From assembly GCA_965153285.1 (NCBI GenBank), contig OZ229112.1: DNA of 64,000 nt, one strand, 5' to 3'. The notes below the pieces were generated by a model that was not told where the DNA came from, made no database searches, and was given only the letters and a program-made list of their open reading frames with translations. The position numbers were made by a program, and so were the translations under genes. Positions 25,069-36,425 of the stretch are shown here, piece after piece. This DNA is from Podarcis tiliguerta (taxonomy: Eukaryota). Each line of letters starts with the position of its first letter. Within the stretch, counting starts at the first letter, position 1.

Positions 25069-28000
25069 CCTCTCACAAAACTGACAGCAGTGTCCATCTG
25101 CTTGACAGAGGAAGGGAAGATAATCCTTGTGTACACCAGCAAGCATTCAGCCCATCAATGCACAAAGACATTTCTGGATCAAGGCCAATTTCTTTTTTCT
25201 GTGGAACTCATATGATACTATATAATTATTCAATTTTTTTTTTCCAGAGCAAAATAGCTAAGAAGATTAAATGACTTTTCTTTTACTCAGAAAGTCTTCT
25301 GGGTTTCCCCATTCCCCTCCTGTAAAATAGAATTATTTTGAGTTGCTGGTTTTAAAGTGGTTATGATTTGCTGATCTGTGTCTCAAATTAAACATTAGCT
25401 AAATCCAGGAATTTCATTTCAGGGTGCATACAACCACTAAAGAGATTGGGAAACCCCAAAGAGATGTGGGGCTCTGTAAGTGCCCTCCTACAATTTTTAT
25501 CCATTGCATCTGCCACACTGATGTCTCATTTGTGTGACATTGATATCTCATGCATGTGTGTGTGCTAGAGCACAATTTATGGTGAAAATGTAAACACAAA
25601 TTAGTACATCATTCATTTCTACCATAGTATGATTGAAAATGCAACATTTTAGAATGAAGGAGCCAGAGCTAGACATTCTGGAATAAATCAGGTATCAGTT
25701 GCAGAAAGTTTTCACAAAAGAAAACAGCTTTCCAAACCTGCAACTGCTGCAAAAAATGACAAATCACAAAGATCATTCACTGTGTTCTCGTTCCATCCCC
25801 ATTTGTGCTAAGAGCCTTAAGACTACAGTTACCATTTGTTTTTCATTTCAAGTTTTCTCTTCCGTGAATCCAAAAGTTGACCTCTTACCCTTACCAAGTG
25901 CTGACATGTTTAAACTTTTACACAACAATAAACATGTCTTTATAGATCGACTCTTCTTGTAAGGGAACACAATAGCACAGAGCCATGGTTCAGCATGCAA
26001 TCTGTACAACTTTTAGGAAATATTCATCTGCCCAGAATATTGCTTTTTTGCTAGTTCATATACGGAATGGATTGAAATCACATTTAATATCCTTTAGGCC
26101 ACTGCTACACTTAAGCAGAACAGGTAAGGGATATAGTTCAATATTGCAATCCAAGTGTATAGATGAATTTCCAGATTCAATTCCTGATATCGCTAGTTAA
26201 GAAGAGGCTTTCTTTTTTGTGGGTGTTGGTGGGAATCAGGTGGTGGTGGTAAATACCTTGTTGTCTTAGACACTGGAGACAGAATGCTAGAGTAGATAAT
26301 CCTGGGCCAGATGATCCATAATCTGATTTAATATCCTATGCCTACTTCCTTGCAAGTCCCATTCAACACTCTTCTGAGTGAGTAGGACTGGGCATCATCA
26401 CACACCCATGACATAGATCAGGCACTCCAGAGTAGTGCAAATGTAAAGAGTCTGAAGGCCAGGAAGAATAAATACTTTATTGCATAAAATGCAGGGGTAT
26501 GAGTTTCTGGCTTTAAGTTTTTAATGAAGAGTAGCTCATATGAATTGCTGAGGAAAGAGAAAAAGATTAAGACTTAAATAGGAAGGGTTTCTATCAATCA
26601 CACACTATTAAGGAATATAAGCTGACCTGTGTAATTGCATCATTTGAATGCTTCAAACTAAGGATGAAATAATCATTCCTCAGATAGGCTTAATGTTACC
26701 CTTTTCAGCAATTCTGCCCAATTCAGCAACTTGTGTGCATCCACAATTTCCCTATGGAAGTTGCTCCATTGACTATTGTATCTTAGACTGAGAAATCTTT
26801 TCGTTACTCATATAGGTCATACTGATATTGCAGGTCCCATGAGGATGAATGTGTCCTATGGAGAGATGGCTTCAGACCCAAGGGAAGCAATGTTGCACCG
26901 AGTTTTGCCACACACACAAAAGTTTTCGTCTGGTTTTTTTTTAAATGGGAACAAATTAACATACAAAGATCCAATAGCACACAGGAAAGCTCACATTTGT
27001 GGACTTCAGGAGGCTCTCTCTGCATTGTGAATCTTTCCCCAATTTTCTAGGTCAGCTACTGGGAGAATGATGCCTTTGGCTAAAGTTTCTTGCTGGAAGG
27101 AAGGGTGGGGGACAGAGCAGAAACACTGTCACTTTAGCTTTGCCAGTAGATAAATGGAAAAGTAAAGGAACCCAGATTTGATGTTATCTGTATGCTCCTT
27201 GCTCCTGCTCAGCAAATTAATTCAGTGGACTGCAGTCTTCCTAGACCTATGACCCATTTCTAACCTCATCAGTTAAGATGAGAACCACTTTTAATTATCC
27301 CCCCTCTCTCGCCGTCTCTCTGACTTGCCATCGTGTAGTCAAGGGACAGGGAAACTTTGGTCGTCCTGATGTTGTAGGATAGAATTCTCATTATCCCTGA
27401 CCAATGGCCATGCTGGCAAGAGGCTGAAGGGAGCTGAAGTCCAGCAACATTTGGAGAGCCACAGGTTCTCCACCCTCGAGGTAACTATTGGGCCGTTTTC
27501 TTTCTTGGAAGACCCAAACAGATCAGAAACTGTGGACAAATTCAGGCATGTGTCTATCATGTGACAGATAATCTTACCTCTGAGATTTTGGTTTGCTGCT
27601 GAAAGTTTTTTAATAAACAAATAAATAAATTAGGAACCATGAGGCTGCTGGCACAAACCACCTTACAGAAAGTTGCAACTCCATTACACCACCAGTTGAA
27701 GATGAATGACTTAAGGGACGATGTAAGAGAGTGTGCTTTGGGAAGTGTGAAGCACTTAGAGCAAGAGATGGTGTGGGGAGAGAGGTAACACCATGTGGAA
27801 GAGAGAATGAACTGCCATTTTATTTTCTTTCTTATTGAGCTCCACAATGAACACAAATACACAAAGTAGGTGCCACATAGAAATTAGTTGCAATTTTTTT
27901 TTTACTGACAGGATTGTTTAAAAGAACTGAGGTACTTTCATGTCATTATATTTTTTCATTTAAGCTGACAATTTATTATTTCCATCAGTTTCACCTGGTA

Positions 28001-28968
28001 ATGCTTAGGCTCCATTTCTGTGGTACATTTTGTATAGATTAACGTGCACCTCCCAGAAATTGGTAAGGAATATTTTCCTCTTGCATTTACCTTCTGATGT
28101 GTCATGTGGAAACAGAAGATATATGCAACTAGACTACACCTGCTGGTTTGAAATGCAGTATGTAAAGCTAGAGTTTTGCACCCATTATATTCTACTTGTT
28201 TGACCTAGCTCTGGGTTGCTACATTTATCTCTAGGTAGCTCCAAGTCAAATGCTTATCATTTGTAAAAAAATAACATATTGCAAGGGAAAATAGTACAAC
28301 AGGAACATCACTTTATGCCAAACCATATCATTGGTTCACCTAGCCCAGTAAAACTAATGAGCAGTAGCTCTCCAGATTTTCAGCCGGCACCCTTTCCCCA
28401 GTCCTATCTGAAGGTGCCATGGATTGAAACTGGAACCTTCTAAATGCAAAACGCATGGCTTGGGATCAGATTATTTAAGAAACTGCTTCTCTGTGTATGA
28501 TTATCCCACTCTGCATTCACTATTAAGATATTTTGCATGGGCCTTATAGGTTCTAAGGAAGAACACTTCTTACAAGCCACAGACAATGGAATTGGTTACT
28601 AGAATAAACCTATCCTGGTGTGTGTGTGTGTTTAAAAGAAATGCAAAGTGCATATTTTGGCGTTAACCTTGGACATTTGTAATTCTCCTTGTCTTTAGAG
28701 CATAATGCTTGCTTTGCTTGTGTTTTCTTCATTGCAGATGGTTTATGGACATTAGAAAAAAAAAGATTTGCGCATTTTGCTACATGTAATTTTTTAAAAC
28801 AAAAACTAACTTGCATTTAAATTTTTTTCCCTAGAGTTAAATCCCAGAGAAACAGAATGTGATGAACTCAGATGTAGTGCTGGGACTGAAAGAAGTCTTT
28901 CTCCTCACACACAGAATAAAAAGGAAAGCTCCCCATCTATTAAATGAGAGTTGATGATCTATACTTAC

Positions 28969-29149
28969 GGGTGCATCCTCCTTCTTCAAAGCCATAAAAT
29001 CCATGAGCACAGCGGTCACACTTCTTTCCTCCAACACCTGGCTGGCAGTGGCACTGTCCAGTCTCATCACAGTCAAAAGATTTGGATCCAAATGAATTAC
29101 AGTTGCAAGGAACACAGCCTCTGGATGACTGTACGCCAAAGGTTCCAGG
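28969..29149 (-). CDS. LAMA2: LAMA2 exon 21 equivalent
   Basis: tgacag|CCT...C|gtaagt; 181 nt; PGTFGVQSSRGCVPCNCNSFGSKSFDCDETGQCHCQPGVGGKKCDRCAHGFYGFEEGGCT(R). Confidence 0.96.
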
Positions 29150-30902
29150 CTGTCACAGTAGACAGAGGAAAATCATTTAGCAGAAATAAAAATAGCAAGC
29201 AATGCTAAAGGAAAAAAGTGTGCGAGAAGCACTGACTCTTGAAGGGTCAATAGATGTGAATGAGCCAGTTTGTTTAAGTCCTAAGAGGTTAAAACAAATA
29301 GGAAGGTTCAAATTTGGCACCTCTCCTTGTAGCCCAATTTACCCAGTTCACGCTTGAAGTCTGAAATGAATAAGATACCAACATCTGAAGTACAAAAAAA
29401 GACAACTCTGAAAGCTCCAAAGTTAATTTGAAATCTGATTCATTGGTCCTCATTAAGGAATCAGTATAGTGTAACACCAAGCATTCTAAATTCTCAACTT
29501 GGTTCTGCTCTAATGGATCACCTTGCAAAAGCAACTTTTAATATGCACTCCCGATGTGTCTAATAACAAAGGATGAGCTAACAGAAGAGTCCTCATTTGG
29601 GCTACCACAGGGCTTTTGATTTAATGTGGTGGCTATCACTTTTCCATAGGACACATACAGCCATTATTCTGCCTTGCAGAGTTTAGCTTATGTGGCCTCT
29701 GAGGCCTTTAGATAATGTGGAGGCCAACTGTGCACATTCAAAATGAGATAGGGAAATGCCTCTCTTTTCCCATCTCCACAGACGACGTCCCTCCTTGCAA
29801 TGCTGCTGTATGGCATAGAACGGCAAGGATTTTCTGTTAAACCTGTATTAGCAGTAACTATTAGTGCAACATCATTGATCCAAGCATGCTCACAAATCCC
29901 AATTTGTGCGTTTGGAATATTGTGTAGGGCTCAACCATTGGAAAGTCCTGGCCTAAATTCAGCCCCATAAGTCTACCAGGTAAACTAGAGGTCCTTGGTC
30001 CACCAACCCTGCCTGTTCAGAAAGTACCTCAGAGCAAGGTTCTGTTCAATACATAAGCTTCAGTTATCCCTACTTCAGCATGGGATCAGCGGGCCTTGTT
30101 CAGATTACAGGCGCAGAGGCTGAAGTTGCTTCCTCATGCAAAGCCAAGTAACAGCAATAAGTATGCAATTTAACCACTGTTTCACCACTGTATATTATGA
30201 CTAGTACTATTGCATCATATCTCTCACTAAGAACAGAAAGGAATGCCTCAACATGCAATTAAACCAGCAAGCACCCGCCCTCTAAATCACCAGTGTCATA
30301 GGAAAAGTAAATCCTGTTTATAAGGGGGGAAAGGCAGAAAATCAAATTCCATTTTAGATAAAATTGTCTGCTTAACCTACAATTAACTTAAGAAGTTGGG
30401 TCAGTGGCTGCAGTGCACCAGTGAGGAGAAGTACAAATTCACATATAAAATTATGCTTTGTTAACTATTTTCTTACCGAGAGGGTGAATTATCTAATAAG
30501 AGTGATACATTTTGTGTTAATTACAATGCGCTGGATTCAACTAACTGGTACCGCTATAAGTAACTCTGTATAGAGAGTTACCTGAGAACATTACTTTAGG
30601 TGAATTCAAGTAATCACAATAACTTAGGTTACGTGGGTTACTAATATTAGCGAAGTTCCTTTGTAACTTGATTCTTAGTTATCTGAAAAGTCAGCATTCA
30701 AAATTTATTTTTTTCTCAGATATCCCCCTCATTAATTACCTCAATTGCCTGATGCATCACACTGCAACAGCATGGGTCCTGAACTTCAACTAAATCCCAG
30801 GAATTTCAATGGGATTTATTCTCTAGCGCATATTGTACCAGACAATGTTTTGATGTTGAGAGAACACTGACTGTTTTCTAAATGGTTTGCTTCTACTGCA
30901 TT

Positions 30903-30947
30903 GTTAGTGTATAACAACACAGACACATGCTAGAATGCAATGCATGC
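30903..30947 (-). promoter_or_regulatory. Putative intronic splicing enhancer cluster downstream of the cassette exon (2x GCAUG RBFOX core, 1x ACUAAC QKI)
   Basis: Minus-strand GCATG at 30943-30947 and 30926-30930, and ACTAAC at 30903-30908, all within 70 nt of the exon-20a donor. Confidence 0.5.
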
Positions 30948-30969
30948 TGTACATGGTCTTTTTGATTAC

Positions 30970-31233
30970 CAAAGAGGCAGGTTTGAAAGCACCTCTCGGG
31001 CACCCACTTGCACTGGAGTAGCCCCATCTCTGATGAGGTGCTCTGATTTGCTGAGCCGGTAATGGGTTTTCCTTCTGGATATACACCTGTCTGCTCAGCT
31101 CACATCGTTTACCAGCGAATCCTGATTTACAGATACATCTCCCTGACACATCACAGTTTAGTGACATGGATCCTAGAGGATTGCATCCACATGGTGTACA
31201 GAATTGCTTTTCTGGAACCCAAACATAACCAGG
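30970..31233 (-). CDS. LAMA2: Additional in-frame cassette exon ('20a') of LAMA2, 88 aa, one extra atypical LE repeat
   Basis: Long pyrimidine tract then tcaaaag|CCT...TTG|gtaatc; 264 nt, phase 0-0, no stop; PGYVWVPEKQFCTPCGCNPLGSMSLNCDVSGRCICKSGFAGKRCELSRQVYIQKENPLPAQQIRAPHQRWGYSSASGCPRGAFKPASL with LE-type Cys spacing. Confidence 0.85.
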
Positions 31234-32747
31234 CTTTTGAAGAGAAAGAGAGGGAAAACAAGTTAGAAAACAAAGTTGTACAAGAAAAGGTTAGAAGAGA
31301 AAGAGCAAGAAGTCTATTATAAATATTTGTACACCAAACAATTTGGTTTTCTTATTGTACATATGGAATTAAACTGAACCAACTAAAGATTACATAAATT
31401 CAATGTCCTTTTGTTTTACACTTAAAACTATCATATGCACATCTTATAAAGTCCAGTAAACTTTGCGCTAAACTACAACCGATAAAGCTCCAGTAATGTA
31501 AACACATCCGTATCTAGTAAATGAGCTAATGCCAAACATGATAATAATGGGGGTTGAATCCAATTGTGCTGATTCGCTCATGCAAGAACTTTTGACCCAG
31601 TGGTCACCTCTGCCAATGTAAGGGAGAGGCAATTTCCACCAACTCCATCTCACCCTGCAGTCCGTTGCACCCCTGAAAATCTGTTTCAGAAGGTTGGGGG
31701 ACCCTCCAGAACAGGCATAGAGGGTGACAGTGGGTAGAAAGAACTGATAAAAATTGCTTTCCTCCTGTTGGATTAAAAAGCCACTAAAAATGAAATTCTA
31801 TCCTGAGAGTGCTATTGAGATGATCATGTTACTTTTCAAATCCCAGTTTTTTACTGTTGATATTTTTTTTCTAATTCTCTTAATGGCTTCGTATTGTAAT
31901 TTCCCCCATAGAAAGTTAAAGTGCTCTAATGAAACATTCACACAGGAGAGAAATAAAATAATATTTCAGGGGAAGCCTTTGAAGTTCCACAGATGACCAC
32001 AGCACAGAATCACTTTCCTATTTTTCTGGACAGCCTTACCCATTTATTGGGCCAACCTGTTTCACTCATTTCAAATTGTTTATTTCAAATGCTTCGAAGG
32101 TTTGCTTTATTGTTGTAAACACTGACATAATCATTGTGACCAAGGTGTGAGATGAGTGGTCAGAAAACAGGTAACCGACCTAACCTCTTTTTTAAAAAAC
32201 AAAAGCAAATGGACAATGAGTCCACAACTGCACTGAATGATAATTCTAGAAGCCAAGAGGGTTCTTCCTTATGTTTTCTTTCTGAGAGACCCTTCTGTAT
32301 TTGTTTATAAAATTCAAAAAAAACAAACATGTGAATCATGATGCAACAATGCAAAAGGGGTGTGTTCCGCTCATTTTCTTTCTTTCTTTTTTCATGTCAA
32401 CTATTATGTCAGTTTTTGTTTTTTGTTTTGCAAAGAACTAAAATCTTCTTTATATACATAAAAAGATATTAACTATTCATGGTGTACATTTATTTTGTTT
32501 GACTTAAGTTTTAAAAGGGGATAGATTCTGTGCACCACAAACAACATGTTCCAATTAGCACCAATAATGATTCCAGAAAGCCTTAGAAATAAATTCTGAG
32601 ACACGTATCAAAGGCAGTTAGCACCCTTATTTCTAAGCCCCAAACCACCCTCAACATTTTATTTGAAGAACAACAAAGAGTCGTTATAATATAACACATA
32701 GAAAGGGGAGGGAAAGCAATAAGGATGGATCAGTTTTTATGGCTTAC

Positions 32748-32854
32748 CTTACACTCATCACATCTACGGCCCACCACGTTGGGTCTGCAGTCACACTGCC
32801 CAGTCTTAGAGTTGCAAGTCTCTGAAAATGAGCCATTGAGATGGCAACGACAAG
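32748..32854 (-). CDS. LAMA2: LAMA2 exon 20 equivalent
   Basis: atgtag|CT...AAG|gtaagc; 107 nt; CRCHLNGSFSETCNSKTGQCDCRPNVVGRRCDECK. Confidence 0.96.
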
Positions 32855-33424
32855 CTACATGGAAATAAGAAAGGGTGTCATAATGTAATGCATGCTGGCA
32901 CGCTATGATATGTACATGAAACAGAATGAACTCCACTTTTATCATGTACACACACACACACACACACACACACTGTAACTCTGTTCTTGGTCTACAATTA
33001 GCCCCACAAGAGAAAGAGGAGTGCCACTGCCCTCTCCCATTTTTAATTGACTCAGAACCATGCAACTAGAACCCTGCCATGAGCACACGATCCTGATTAG
33101 GTCACTGATGGCTTCTTCTGTATTTAATGGCAGATGCCAGGCTACACATGCTACATGAAAAAGTCATTGCCTGCACAAATAATGGAATTCTAGTACCAGA
33201 TTATGTGACTTATGATCACAGGAGAATTTTAATAATATAAATACACCCCTGGGAAAGCCACGCAATGCTGTGGCCCAGTAATCCCTGCAATGGATTACTC
33301 CAAGGACACACCTCATGGGTTTCAATGCACATCCATCCAGTATTTCCTTTGGCCACTTCCTACTGGGTGGTGGGTGCCTCTCCCCTCCAGACAGTTCCCC
33401 TAAACCATTTAGCTGTGCTTCAGA

Positions 33425-33758
33425 TAGCCATGTTCAAATATATAAAAGGATGTCACATAGAGGAGGGAGAAAGGTTGTTTTCTGCGGCTCCAGAGAAGCG
33501 GACACGGAGCAATGGATCCAAACTACAAGAAAGAAGATTCCACCTAAACATTAGGAAGAACTTCCTGACAGTAAGAGCTGTTCGACAGTGGAATTTGCTG
33601 CCAAGGAGTGTGGTGGAGTCTCCTTCTTTGGAGGTCTTTAAGCAGAGGCTTGACAACCATATGTCAGGAGTGCTCTGATGGTGTTTCCTGCTTGGCAGGG
33701 GGTTGGACTTGATGGCCCTTGTGGTCTCTTCCAACTCTATGATTCTATGATTCTATGA
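33425..33758 (+). mobile_element. CR1 LINE 3' fragment (5'-truncated, young)
   Basis: Intact ORF2 C-terminus FKYIKGCHIEEGERLFSAAPEKRTRSNG...FLTVRAVRQWNLLPRSVVESPSLEVFKQRLDNH, CR1 3' hairpin and (ATTCTATG)n tail. Confidence 0.93.
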
Positions 33759-35057
33759 TATAGGGCTTTACTTTCTTTTCTTTTTTTAATCTGCCTTGAA
33801 GACCATGCAACTTTCAGCTGTATGAATCTTGTGGTGTTTCCATAATTAAAAGCCAGTTGTGAAATAATGGACAAAAAGATCTGGGCTACTGGTTTGATAC
33901 TTTTATTTTACATTTCCCCCCCTTAAAAATAATGTTTAGGAATAACAGGGCTGGTGACAAAACTGAGCTGCCAATTGAACTGACTAATGTAAATGACCCC
34001 AGCAGGAAGGAAAGAAGGGAAAGGGAGGGGAAAAAACCACAGTATTTTGAGAGCAAGACTCTTGCTTTGCAAGTTTTCAATCACGGAGTTGATTCTTTAA
34101 TGAAAAGGAAAAATTGAAAGCAACAAAGCATAGGCACAGTCCCTCTGATTTCACAGCTGCAGGGCAAACTTCATGGAAGCCTGCCCAAGAAATATGCAAA
34201 AAAGAAAGCCTAGTCGTAATAGGAGGAGAAATAAATTTGCGGTAACTGCAAACACAAGAACATTAATATACTGAGAAGTTCTACTATGAACTCAGCTAAT
34301 GACAAAAAGCAAATAATATAAATATACATTAAAAAGCTATCTATTTTAATGTTTTTTTTGTATATATTGTATGTTTTCGCTCCACATACAATATATACAG
34401 CTGTCTCTGTAGAGGAAATGTTCAAAGTTTCAGCCATGTCAATGCCTTAAGGAAAGAAGCACAGCAATGGGAGTTTCAATTCTGCTCATAGTTTGATTTT
34501 TCAAATCCGCTGCTTTTTAAATGACAGCCTTAAAGAGCAAGTCACGAGGCACCGCACCAATGAATTATTAATCAACTCCAGTGCAGCTGCTGAAATTGGA
34601 ACCGGTAAAAATCCCAAATGTGCAGAAGTGGTGGTGGTGGGGAAATCTTATGAAAATCTTATTAGTGCAAGAGACTGAATTGATCCACAGAAGACTCTAC
34701 CTAGATGGAAGACAAGGAGCGGCTATGTTTGCATGACACTGTATTGCCTTGGAGATCCATGAATGAGCTGGTTGAAAATGATATTTAATGTTGCCAGGGG
34801 ATTCTTTGTAGATCAGATGTTCTGTGCCAAGTGGTCAGCTGGGGATTAACTGTGTTATGTATATGGATGGTGAGTACGGGTGAAGGTGAGGTGCTAAGGA
34901 TGTGTTTGGGAGATGCTACTGCAGAAGGAAGTGTTGTCACTCAAATGAGTCACCCAGTAGGAACAACAAAGCAGTACTATTGCACAATCTCTTTTTTAAA
35001 ACCAGTGGTGACATCCTTCTGATTACTCACGCACTGTGACAGACACTGAACATAAGG

Positions 35058-35192
35058 CAGGCACCCCCAAACTCGGCCCTCCAGTTGTTTTGGGACTACA
35101 ATCCCCATCATTCCTGACCACTGGTCCTGTAGCTAGGGATGATAGGAGTTGTAGTCCCCAAACATCTGGAGGGCCAAGTCTGAGGATGCCTG
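35058..35192. mobile_element. hAT-type MITE, same family as 19137
   Basis: caggca...tgcctg termini, internal palindrome gggactacaa/ttgtagtccc, 8-bp TSD acataagg. Confidence 0.9.
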
Positions 35193-36213
35193 ACATAAGG
35201 ACAGAAGAAATATGCAAAAGGAGTTGGCAAGAAAAGGGCAGCATTTACCTTCATTTCCTCATCAATATGCTTAAGGCAACCTTTTGTCAACCAGCAACAA
35301 GGTAAAAAGAAAGGTTCTCCTAAGCCCCAAACCTGTGGCCAGATTGACTAGGGGGAGAACGAGAAGAATATAAGGCTGCTGCATGTGCCTGTGTGCATAT
35401 GACAAGATCATCATTGTGATGTGCATTTTCTTCCTCTTGCTCCACATAATTGGTTGCCGCTGACAGGGGAGAGAAACACTTAGCCAAATGGTGTCATGAC
35501 ATGAGGTTAGCTATATTCAATCTTATGAAGAGGGCAAGCTCAACACAGTGCTGTTATTTTCATACCCTTGTTTATCATCATCTCATTTAGTCTGGCATAG
35601 GAAAGCAGAAGCAGCAGGGAAGAATTCTGCGGTTCCTCTCCAGGGTTCCTAGTTTTTAATTCTCCTATAGCAGGCAATTCGAAATGAGACTGGTAAGGGA
35701 GCAAGCCCTGTCCAGAGATGAAGGAAGGCATCACAGGCCATAACAGGGACAACAGGACACCCTCATAAAGTTGATTTTCCGCAAGGGTAAAAATGGGTCC
35801 CACAACGTCATCATGACAACCCGACTGTCAAACCAGCTCACTTATCAAACATGTGGCAGGGTGAATGGACTGGATCCAGTTCTCCACCCTTGGTATAATC
35901 TGAAGTTCAGATGAAAAAAGGGTGCTGGTGGCACCTGCCCTCTTTTAATATGTAAAATGCTGTGCGCAAGTGATAGAACCACAATAATAAACAAACAAAC
36001 AAACAAACAAACAAACAAACAAATAAATAAATAATGACCCTGAATCTAGATAGCAAGTAAGGAAATCTGAAGTAACTGCATTTTGGATAATGTGACACTT
36101 ACTGTACGTAATACCATGAAAATAAATGCATGTCCTATTTGACAGACCGTCATGCGCTATGCCCATAGGGAATGAATGCATTCTGACAGGAGAAGCAGGA
36201 TTCCAAGACTTAC

Positions 36214-36425
36214 GTTGACAGTTCTTTACATCAACAGCATCTCCGAAATACCCATCAGCACACTTCTCACAGTATTGGCCTGTTGTACCTGGCTTACATA
36301 TCAGACAAGCTCCAGACAAGCTGTCACAGCTGCCAGGAATGGAGAAGTCGAGGTTGTCATTACACTGGCAAGGCTGGCACGATCCCCCTGGTTTTAAAGG
36401 TTGTCCAAAATATCCTTCTGCACAC
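36214..36425 (-). CDS. LAMA2: LAMA2 exon 19 equivalent
   Basis: ccctag|G...C|gtaagt; 212 nt; CAEGYFGQPLKPGGSCQPCQCNDNLDFSIPGSCDSLSGACLICKPGTTGQYCEKCADGYFGDAVDVKNCQ(P). Confidence 0.97.

Noticed and set aside
30477-30492. Possible micro-exon ttattag|ATAATTCACCCTCTCG|gtaaga between the cassette exon and exon 21
   Set aside because: 16 nt would shift the frame between phase-0 junctions; the pyrimidine tract is short and there is no support beyond splice-like motifs.
33265-33678. 137-aa plus-strand ORF as an antisense or nested gene
   Set aside because: It is the CR1 ORF2 C-terminus read in from flanking intron.
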